A stretch of DNA of 64,000 nt from Giardia intestinalis (Eukaryota), in assembly GCA_000002435.2 (NCBI GenBank), contig CM018793.1, one strand, 5' to 3'. Below, piece by piece: positions 57,056 to 64,000 of this stretch. The first letter of the stretch is position 1. Each line of letters starts with the position of its first letter. Both the position numbers and the translations under genes were made by a program. The notes beneath the pieces are model-generated. The model was given only the letters and a program-made list of their open reading frames with translations, did not search any database and was not told where the DNA came from.

Positions 57056-58528
57056 TTAAGAAATGAGCCTCGATTTATAGTCTGCAAGTATGGCGCGGAG
57101 AGTCTCTGCCTGAGCATTTTTGTGCTCGAGCTGGGCGACAAGCTCTTCCCTTTGCATCTTGAGTGAGATAATTTCTAGTTGCATAGTCTGGGGGTATGGA
57201 GTCGTTGCAAGCTCAGCAGCTTTTCTATCTATGGCTGCTTCTATCAGCTTCATTTGGCTGTTAATGTGCCCTAGCTCCTTCAATACAGCGTCATAAGAGT
57301 CCATGTACTGAGTGAGGAGTCGTTCGTCCTCGACGGTGAGAGATGCCTGCTGGGAAGGCTCTTCCGTACATGAATAGACAGATATATCTTTTGGGATATC
57401 AAGCTTACCAAATGGCTGGCTAAAGGTCTTGGTTCCATGGGGTTGGGCCTTTTGCAGAGTGCGAGGCTGGGCACGCGGAGGCACAGGTCCGGTCCCAAAT
57501 CTAGAACTGGACCTGGGCTTGGACTCTTGTAGAGATTGTACGCCAGTCCCTTTCTTACGTTCAGGACCAGTATTTGTGCTTAGAGTATGAGAGTTAGGGT
57601 CATTCCTTCTATCATGAATAGCTGCGCAAATTGGATTGGCGCGAATTGGATTGGGGAGGACTAAATCTATAGGTTCCAAGGTGTGGCGATCCGGCTCCTT
57701 CGAGTCAATAGCAGGCGTAGCAGGTGCAAAAGCTGAGTTTAAAAGGGTTCTACGATCCTTGAGGACACCTTGTAAGTATGCCTCTTCTGCTTTTTTGGCT
57801 ACTGCAGATGCACGTCTGGTATCTTCAGCACGCACAAAGCCTATGCCTTGTTCAATGATATAACGCATAAGCAGCGTTGCCTTCTGGGTGGAGTAATACT
57901 CTAGGGCCTCTTGAACATCTTTACGTCGCTGAGTAGCTTTCTGGTGAGCCTCCCTTAAGCTCCAGAATGCGTCCTTCATCAGTGTTCTAAAAGTCTTAGC
58001 TGTCAAGTGGTGGAGCCGTGGCTGCAGGGCTAAAATAGCCTGAGATTTCATATGCCATGCAGTAAATGCAAGACGCAATTCTCGGGCTGTCCAATAATCA
58101 TCCGCATAGGCGTAGATTTTGATTGTCTGTTGGGCATTTGCAGCCGTTCTCCAGAGGGAAAGAAGGTTCCCCAACATAGGAATCTGGTTTCGTCGGTAGT
58201 GCTCGTCCGCTCGTATCTCCATCGATACAACGCAAACATACCGACGTTTCCAAGAGCCGAACGCGATCCGAGTTAGCATAACAGTGTAAAACTCCTCTGC
58301 AAACAGAGTCATCTGAGGAACCGTTTCGTAAACAAACGTGACCCATTGGTGAATGCAGCTTGTTAGGCGCCAACGGACGAAGAACAAGAGGGCCTTGTCT
58401 GTTTGCAGCTTTAGATGTACAGCGGATTGGTTCTTTTCCTTAACGTACCGCACCCATCTATGAAAGAAGCGAGCGCGTAAATGCTTGACGTAGAAGTGTA
58501 GAGCTTCTGACGTAAGATTGTAACTCAT
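57056..58528 (-). CDS. hypothetical protein with N-terminal Trp-containing repeats (Sfi1-like?) and C-terminal coiled coil (~490 aa)
   Basis: Recurrent ~25-aa units with a conserved W (RARFFHRWVRYV, LFFVRWRLTSCIHQWVTFV, IAFGSWKRRYV, LAFTAWHMKSQ). The last ~90 aa are heptad-rich. The track start is TTG; ATG at 58528. Confidence 0.6.
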   Translation of the reverse strand: MSYNLTSEALHFYVKHLRARFFHRWVRYVKEKNQSAVHLKLQTDKALLFFVRWRLTSCIHQWVTFVYETVPQMTLFAEEFYTVMLTRIAFGSWKRRYVCVVSMEIRADEHYRRNQIPMLGNLLSLWRTAANAQQTIKIYAYADDYWTARELRLAFTAWHMKSQAILALQPRLHHLTAKTFRTLMKDAFWSLREAHQKATQRRKDVQEALEYYSTQKATLLMRYIIEQGIGFVRAEDTRRASAVAKKAEEAYLQGVLKDRRTLLNSAFAPATPAIDSKEPDRHTLEPIDLVLPNPIRANPICAAIHDRRNDPNSHTLSTNTGPERKKGTGVQSLQESKPRSSSRFGTGPVPPRAQPRTLQKAQPHGTKTFSQPFGKLDIPKDISVYSCTEEPSQQASLTVEDERLLTQYMDSYDAVLKELGHINSQMKLIEAAIDRKAAELATTPYPQTMQLEIISLKMQREELVAQLEHKNAQAETLRAILADYKSRLIS

Positions 58529-58589
58529 CGCCCAGAATGAGCATAAAAGCTTTATCAAAATTTAATAGCAGAATTCCTAGCATCATAAA

Positions 58590-60617
58590 ATGACGGAGCA
58601 AATAGACTCCACGCCAACATCTCCGACCCCATCCGTAGAAGGCAAAGTGGGGAGCAAAGTCATATCCATTCTATGCGATAGCATTCGTTGTGACACTGAA
58701 GATGCCATTCACAACGCGGCGCTAAGCATAATGCTAGACTACCACACTCGTAAGGACTCGTGGAAGCCCAGGTCAAATTCATCCTCCTGTGATGTAAGCA
58801 TCACGGAGACCAAGATTAGCAAGCACACGGTTGTTAATATTATTGAGCAAGGGCCAGCCAGCTCTGTCACAATAATCTCTTCAAATAGAACTGCAGATCA
58901 AGAGGATCCATCAGTGAATGAATCCACTCCCCTAAACCCCGATAATTCACAGTTAACAGCGGATTATGAGCCAGATTTCATAGCAGATACGCAGAGCACC
59001 AGAAGGCCCATCTCCGCAAATACCCTACGAAGTCCACATAGTGAGAAACCAGAGATAGTAAGAGCCGCAGCAATACCCCGTAAGCACTCTGCTCTAACCA
59101 ATCACGCAGATATGCCCCCCAAGAGTTTTAAGCTGTCATCAGCCTCGACTGCGATCCCTCTTTCTAGACCAGAAAAAAAGGGTACATCGAACCAGGACAT
59201 GACTATTCCTTGTCAAACAGGTGCTCTCCACGGTCCGCCAGGATCTCGTAATGTACAACGTGTAGGAAATCCATCGCAGAAAAGAAAAAATATCACTACA
59301 GAGGTAATTCTTTTGCCTTCTACACGAGGGTCTTCAGAGCCTCTTCGTCAAAAGACTCAGCAAGCAGAGCCTGTTACACGCTTCCCACCTCGAAGTCAGA
59401 GTCCAGCTGTCTCTGACTCGATAGATAAATCCGCTCCACTTGCGCCCAAGGATCTGCATATCCAAAATACTTATGATGCTCCTCGTCAGCAAGAGCAACA
59501 GCGGCAAGAACGACAGCTCAGAACTTCCCTTGGAAAGCAAGACAAGCCCAAAGCAGATGAATTAGAGACTAGTCCCTGCGATACGCCGACCTATAGTAAT
59601 CCAATGTCTTTTCGAAAAGAGGTACCTCAGCGTCAAGCAACTGCTCCACAACCGAGTACTGAGCAGAAGAAGCAGGAAGAGCCACAGCCCCAGAGTGACG
59701 TTAACCCACAAGTTATATGTCTTCCAACAATCCACAGATATAACTCCCCCCAGCTCCTTTCTTCGTCGCGTAAGCCTTCGCGGAAATCACAGGATTTAGA
59801 AGGTTCGTCTATCTCTAGTACAAGCTCGTGCCAACCGGCTAATCAATCTTCTCCTAGATTGCCACAACCAAATGACCCCTCTTTGAAAGAGCATGTTGCA
59901 AAGCCTGTTGAGCAGAAAAAGGGCACAGATATTGACGACGTTGATCCGGGAGAAATCTGGCCCCGCTATGATGCGGGTTATGCAGACTATTTGAGGTACA
60001 TGGGAAAGGGCATGGGTCCCTGGGACGGAAATTTGGATACAACATGGGATCTCTCTACAATAAATTACACCGTCTACGACGACGAACCAGGGCAGCTACC
60101 AATCAATACCGCAAATCCCAAATATGTCTCTACGAAGTTACCAATCAATCCACAAGGTTACGTCATTCCACCAGGTCCGCCACCTGCGCAGGACTATGAA
60201 TATGAAGAAGGTGAGTGCTTGCCCAATGGGGCACTCGCTGATGGATATGCTGTCCACTATTTCAAGCATAGCCATTACATGGGTGCAGGGCAAGCCAGTA
60301 ATAACTATAGAGCTATTACTAGTGATGGCGTAACATACGACTACAATAGGCCGCAGCAGCCGTACCTTAATGGAATTATGTATAGGCAGCAGTACGGGAA
60401 CTACGTGGCTAATAACCCCTACTCACAGAGTGCTATTAATTGTGGACGCAATTATTATTACCAGCAACGCCTCCACGAGCAACAGATCCATGACGCGGCT
60501 ATTCAGGAGCAACAAAATAGATACCTCTACTCACTTCATCAATATGCCCAGTCAACAGAAGCGATCATGCCACCTTCATACCGCCAGCGGTATCAAGGGG
60601 GTCATCCAGATGAGTAG
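58590..60617 (+). CDS. low-complexity Ser/Pro/Gln-rich protein with Tyr/Asn/Gln-rich (prion-like) C-terminus, 675 aa
   Basis: ATG at 58590 preceded by catcataaa. No globular domain recognised. The C-terminal 170 aa are Y/N/Q-rich. Confidence 0.6.
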   Translation: MTEQIDSTPTSPTPSVEGKVGSKVISILCDSIRCDTEDAIHNAALSIMLDYHTRKDSWKPRSNSSSCDVSITETKISKHTVVNIIEQGPASSVTIISSNRTADQEDPSVNESTPLNPDNSQLTADYEPDFIADTQSTRRPISANTLRSPHSEKPEIVRAAAIPRKHSALTNHADMPPKSFKLSSASTAIPLSRPEKKGTSNQDMTIPCQTGALHGPPGSRNVQRVGNPSQKRKNITTEVILLPSTRGSSEPLRQKTQQAEPVTRFPPRSQSPAVSDSIDKSAPLAPKDLHIQNTYDAPRQQEQQRQERQLRTSLGKQDKPKADELETSPCDTPTYSNPMSFRKEVPQRQATAPQPSTEQKKQEEPQPQSDVNPQVICLPTIHRYNSPQLLSSSRKPSRKSQDLEGSSISSTSSCQPANQSSPRLPQPNDPSLKEHVAKPVEQKKGTDIDDVDPGEIWPRYDAGYADYLRYMGKGMGPWDGNLDTTWDLSTINYTVYDDEPGQLPINTANPKYVSTKLPINPQGYVIPPGPPPAQDYEYEEGECLPNGALADGYAVHYFKHSHYMGAGQASNNYRAITSDGVTYDYNRPQQPYLNGIMYRQQYGNYVANNPYSQSAINCGRNYYYQQRLHEQQIHDAAIQEQQNRYLYSLHQYAQSTEAIMPPSYRQRYQGGHPDE

Positions 60618-60751
60618 ATCTGTCCACTAAGTCAACTAAGCACAGACATTTAAGGCATCATAAAAATTCAATCCCACCGCTCATCTCCCGAGTTCCCTAC
60701 AAAGTTTCCGAGGGAAATTTTAAATTTACGAATTATAGGACCATCTGGCCA

Positions 60752-61714
60752 ATGAGAGTAGACTCTTTTATTCGCATTCGGCCTTTTATTGGCAAAGAGA
60801 TAGGAGGGAGTCGAGGGTATCAGGTACTGGGGGACGCCGTAGACTTCCAGGATGACTTAATAGGGCGTCTTCCGTGCTCAGAAGTATTTGACCTCAGCAG
60901 TACCCAGGCGTCAATTTTTAAAACAGTTGCAGCCCCCTTAATAGATGCATCTTTGCTAGAAGATAAAACCCCCGTTTTATTTGTTGCAGGCCCTGCTTCG
61001 AGTGGGAAATCATTCACCATAGAAGGAAACCCAGATGAGAATTGCGCAGCAGGGCTCATATATAATGCGCTAAAGTACATACTCAACAATTCTCCCGATA
61101 AGCTGAGCTTAGCTGCACTTGCCGTCAGTCCCCTTCTTAAAAGCATTGACTTGTTAGCCCTCAGTTTCGATCCTGTTCCCGTGACAGTTCCAGTTGATCC
61201 CGTACTCACACCCTCTGTTCGGTATGACAGCTTTCTCCGACCTGTGCTTCAGTTGGCAGATTCCGTAGATTTGATAAAGTTGGGGTCTCGTCAACTTCGG
61301 CGACTTCAGCGCAAAGGGATTTGGAATTCTCTTTGGGTCATGGAGTATGAGATAAAGGGCTTTCACGGCCGGCTTTCCGTTGCGGAAATTAACGTATTTC
61401 CGTGTTCTCTCCGAGTAGACCTACATCTCAAGACGAGCTTAGAGAAAGTCATAGCAGGAGTTAGGCATTATGACTATGTGACGGATGAAGACTTAGTCGT
61501 AGATCCCCTTTTGCAGCTTCTTCGGGACTGTTTTAAGACAGACAGAGGACTGGTAAGCTTTATTCTTTGCTTGAGTGAGGCCACCAAGGCGCAGGATTTT
61601 CAGATGACAGAGTCTCTGGTGAAGCAGATGTTTGGGGTGGTAGAATCTGCCCTTGAGCGGTCTAAGAGGCTTTTAGCGTCTAAGGATCTAAAGTCCTGTA
61701 CTTTTCATATGTAA
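60752..61714 (+). CDS. divergent kinesin-like motor-domain-only protein (320 aa), probably degenerate
   Basis: IRIRPF, FDLSSTQASIFKTVAAPLIDASLLEDKTPVLFVAGPASSGKSFTIEG (kinesin N1/P-loop region) and PLLQLLRDCFKTDRGLVSFILCLSEA (the kinesin SKLTRLLQDSLGGNSKT...SP region). The switch I SSRSH and switch II DLAGSE motifs are not recognisable. Confidence 0.55.
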   Translation: MRVDSFIRIRPFIGKEIGGSRGYQVLGDAVDFQDDLIGRLPCSEVFDLSSTQASIFKTVAAPLIDASLLEDKTPVLFVAGPASSGKSFTIEGNPDENCAAGLIYNALKYILNNSPDKLSLAALAVSPLLKSIDLLALSFDPVPVTVPVDPVLTPSVRYDSFLRPVLQLADSVDLIKLGSRQLRRLQRKGIWNSLWVMEYEIKGFHGRLSVAEINVFPCSLRVDLHLKTSLEKVIAGVRHYDYVTDEDLVVDPLLQLLRDCFKTDRGLVSFILCLSEATKAQDFQMTESLVKQMFGVVESALERSKRLLASKDLKSCTFHM

Positions 61715-61747
61715 ATATAACGCTGAAGACCCCAGCTATGGCCGAAC

Positions 61748-63364
61748 ATGTACTCTTTGGCATTGTTAAAGGCCCATTCTCAAAGAAAAAAGTGGACGAT
61801 GGACAAAAACCAGGTACAAAATGGTGACAGCGTCCTTCTCCATGTGCGAGGTGATCGCAGTTATATCACACGCATAGCGATGAGTAAGCCCGTTGACATA
61901 TATCACCATCGCGTTCAGAGTGATCTGCTCATAGGTCTAATATATAATGCCTTCTACATGCTAAGGGGAGGGGGGTCTAACATCACTATTGATCGGGCAG
62001 ATGACCCCACTGTTCAGGGGTACACAGCTCTGACAGCTGGAGGAGCTGGAGATGCGCTTGCCGGTCTCTGTGATAATGAGGCAGAAGAGCTCAGGCAAGC
62101 GCTGCTAGAATCGGAGTCTTATCAAGGGAAAGACACCGAGTTTTCTAGACAGAAGGCGGTGAATAGAGCACGGAAGCGCCACGTTTTAATTTTCAGCATA
62201 GAGCTAGCCAATCCATATAGTATCTGTAAGTATCTTTACACTGGTAAGACACCGGAGACAAATCTCTTCATGAGTCCGGGGAACTATTCTCTTCTTCTTC
62301 ACCACTCAGATGCAGCAAGAATTCCGGGGTATTCACGGATCCTTGTCTACGATGATTTGGATGGGCGTGTAGCAGCGGGTATCGCGTCTAGGATGGTTTT
62401 GACGGATGCAGTAGTCGACCCCACCAACGCAAATGTCAAGATGCTCATGGATGAATGCACTGAGCTTATTAACCAGTGTTCAGAAGTTAAAACCTTCAGA
62501 GAGCGGCATCGTCTGGGGTTCTTATTTTTGGAAAGGGTCAGGACTGTTTTGAACTTGCCAAGATGCGACCAGGAAGTTGTGGCTGTCACGGGCCGGACCC
62601 TTGGTGCAGGCTTAAAGAACGCTTTGATAGATAGCAACGTACTTCCAGCAAAGCATGGCTTAGAGGCTTCTAGACCCAATATTGCGCCGTTTGTGTGTGC
62701 CGTCAACTCTACCAAGCTTGCCGATGACGACGATCTGGGTCTTCTAGGGTATAGTATTGTTGGTGATGATACGTCTTGCCCAAAGCCCGAGGACGATTCT
62801 GTGCGTACGGATATCTGGACGCCTGAAAGTATAACTCGTGCAATTATGTGTGATTATGATATGTGGCTTGAGCGCAGACTCTGTCTTCTCAAGATTCCCG
62901 TGGACAAGCTCAAAGAAGTAATTTACTCAGCTCCCGATTTAGAATCGTTCTCTAGAAACACTCGGGCGCCGCTTTGCACTCCTCTAGACACAGATTTACT
63001 CCCCCTATCTTTTGATTCACTAGTGATTGCTGCCAGGTCGCGACCCCTTCCTTTAGCGCAGTTACTCTCTAAGTTTATTAGGCCAGCAGCCCCTGTCTCG
63101 GTCTACTCGCCCTCTGCAGAGGCCCTTGCAGAGCTTGGGCATTACCTATTGTCTACACGGTCTGGCCACATTCAGTCATACACAGATAACAGACTCCTCG
63201 ACTATCAGATTCTACCCGGGCGTACCAGGCCGGCGATGCTAGGAGAGTCATTTGGCGGCTATGTACTAACGTACTACACACAGCCACCCACTGAGAACGA
63301 CGAAAGCATATTCCGCAAATCCCGAAACGTGATGTTCTCCAAGAAGAGAAGTCTTAAGCAATAA
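61748..63364 (+). CDS. hypothetical protein (538 aa; start may be the ATG at 61799)
   Basis: Long ORF with ATG at 61748. The second ATG at 61799 has the more AT-rich upstream context (ctcaaagaaaaaagtggacg). No domain recognised. Confidence 0.6.
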   Translation: MYSLALLKAHSQRKKWTMDKNQVQNGDSVLLHVRGDRSYITRIAMSKPVDIYHHRVQSDLLIGLIYNAFYMLRGGGSNITIDRADDPTVQGYTALTAGGAGDALAGLCDNEAEELRQALLESESYQGKDTEFSRQKAVNRARKRHVLIFSIELANPYSICKYLYTGKTPETNLFMSPGNYSLLLHHSDAARIPGYSRILVYDDLDGRVAAGIASRMVLTDAVVDPTNANVKMLMDECTELINQCSEVKTFRERHRLGFLFLERVRTVLNLPRCDQEVVAVTGRTLGAGLKNALIDSNVLPAKHGLEASRPNIAPFVCAVNSTKLADDDDLGLLGYSIVGDDTSCPKPEDDSVRTDIWTPESITRAIMCDYDMWLERRLCLLKIPVDKLKEVIYSAPDLESFSRNTRAPLCTPLDTDLLPLSFDSLVIAARSRPLPLAQLLSKFIRPAAPVSVYSPSAEALAELGHYLLSTRSGHIQSYTDNRLLDYQILPGRTRPAMLGESFGGYVLTYYTQPPTENDESIFRKSRNVMFSKKRSLKQ

Positions 63365-63376
63365 CACAGTTTACGT

Positions 63377-63961
63377 CTACTTCAGTATGGAAAACTTGAG
63401 GCTTTGTGCCACATATGCCATGCACATTACACCGATGGGGGGTATCTTCATCAGTGCACACAAATCTACACCTTGACCATTAGCCGATGCGCGCCAGCCC
63501 ACGCGAATAAGCACCGGGAGGTTCTGCGGATATGCTGCAAGGGGGATGGACATGAGAAGAGAAACGTTAGTCGGCTGCATTTCCACGAGGTTGAAGTTTG
63601 CTCTTTTGGCCTTACGAACGATCACAGCAGCAACCTCATCAATGCTTGAAATCCCTAAGTTGGCGTATGTCAGCGACGAAGTATCCCTGTGAGCCAGGCT
63701 GTCCTGGACAAGGCCCCAGTTCTTGTTAAACTGCTGCACAGCTTGCGTAGGATTGATCAGGTTGCGGTCCGGGCCATGCATATTTGAGGTCTCTGAGGCC
63801 AAGACATGAATGGGTATCTTACATTGGAACTGACAGGGCCCTGGGGCACCATCGCACTTTATCGCGAACGTGAGAAGATTTAGATTGCCAGTACACTGAG
63901 GATCTGGCTGGCTAAGACGGGCTTGATTGAACTGCGTGTTGGGATCTTGCTTGAATTGCAC
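63377..63961 (-). CDS. hypothetical ORF (start uncertain; first in-frame ATG at 63781)
   Basis: The track ORF starts at a GTG. Weak and unconvincing resemblance to a papain-family C-terminus (NKNWG). A plus-strand ORF at 63404-63649 overlaps it. Near the window edge. Confidence 0.3.
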   Translation of the reverse strand: MQFKQDPNTQFNQARLSQPDPQCTGNLNLLTFAIKCDGAPGPCQFQCKIPIHVLASETSNMHGPDRNLINPTQAVQQFNKNWGLVQDSLAHRDTSSLTYANLGISSIDEVAAVIVRKAKRANFNLVEMQPTNVSLLMSIPLAAYPQNLPVLIRVGWRASANGQGVDLCALMKIPPIGVMCMAYVAQSLKFSILK

Positions 63962-64000
63962 GGGAACGAGAACAGGCTCCCCACCATTACTCTTCTGTCC

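Noticed and set aside
61712-61750. Kinesin-like gene and the downstream 538-aa gene being one frameshifted gene (they share a frame)
   Set aside because: Three in-frame stop codons (TAA, TAA, TGA) separate them within 15 nt, and an AT-rich start context precedes the second gene. Frame identity is a 1-in-3 coincidence.
63404-63649. Cys/His-rich 81-aa plus-strand ORF (MCHICHAHYTDGGYLHQCTQ...) that could be a small zinc-binding protein
   Set aside because: It overlaps the minus-strand ORF, and no spacing matches a known zinc-finger class. Too close to the window edge to resolve.
1-64000. Giant-virus (NCLDV) genome: family-B DNA polymerase + RNA polymerase subunit 2 + many ankyrin/kinase/RING genes on both strands without introns
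   Set aside because: The polymerase motifs are specifically Pol alpha-like. The locus also carries RIO1, RPL22, a DHHC palmitoyltransferase, an Hrd1-like ligase and a RecQ helicase: a cellular housekeeping set. AT-rich initiators abutting ATGs, AGTAAAY signals after stops and NEK/ankyrin and SHIPPO families fit Giardia far better. A herpesvirus is excluded by the RPB2 gene.
1-64000. Prokaryotic origin, defence island or operon structure
   Set aside because: No Shine-Dalgarno-spaced starts, no operon-like co-directional runs, and the protein set is eukaryote-specific. The alternative start codons (TTG/GTG) in the supplied ORF track are an artefact of ORF calling, not evidence of bacterial starts.

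Overview
This window reads as a gene-dense, apparently intron-free eukaryotic chromosomal segment, not prokaryotic or viral, and it is most consistent with Giardia (diplomonad) nuclear DNA. About 35 protein-coding genes are packed on both strands, separated by very short AT-rich intergenic stretches. Several start codons sit 0-25 nt downstream of an AT-rich patch, and AGTAAAY-like motifs (the Giardia poly(A) signal, as I recall it) lie within ~30 nt of several stop codons. The gene content points the same way. It includes NEK-like (pseudo)kinases fused to ankyrin repeats, ankyrin-only 'protein 21.1'-like genes, two SHIPPO (PGPGAY) repeat proteins, a deoxynucleoside kinase and a PNP-family phosphorylase. 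There are also standard eukaryotic housekeeping genes: DNA polymerase alpha catalytic subunit, RNA polymerase II second-largest subunit, RIO1 kinase, a RecQ helicase, a DHHC palmitoyltransferase, ribosomal protein L22e, an Hrd1-like RING-H2 membrane E3 ligase and a Myb (SHAQKYF) protein. GC looks roughly balanced (~50% by eye, not computed), with locally GC3-rich genes. I saw no rRNA, tRNA, CRISPR array, transposon or prokaryotic operon/defence structure. The supplied ORF track starts ORFs at alternative start codons (TTG/GTG), so I re-anchored several starts on the first in-frame ATG preceded by an AT-rich patch; those adjusted starts are inferences. The most unusual observations are: (i) a 785-aa phosphorylase in which a clean PNP domain is followed by ~490 aa carrying degenerate, ordered echoes of PNP motifs, consistent with an internally triplicated enzyme; (ii) an ankyrin gene interrupted by an in-frame TAG followed by ~60 GC3-rich, protein-like codons; (iii) a 51-codon ORF resembling the U1 snRNP protein C zinc finger; (iv) a near-identical 99-nt tandem duplication of one ankyrin repeat unit inside a NEK/ankyrin gene; (v) a kinase-like/coiled-coil/RING fusion; (vi) a degenerate kinesin-motor-only protein. 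Nothing here can be called an undescribed system with confidence from sequence alone.
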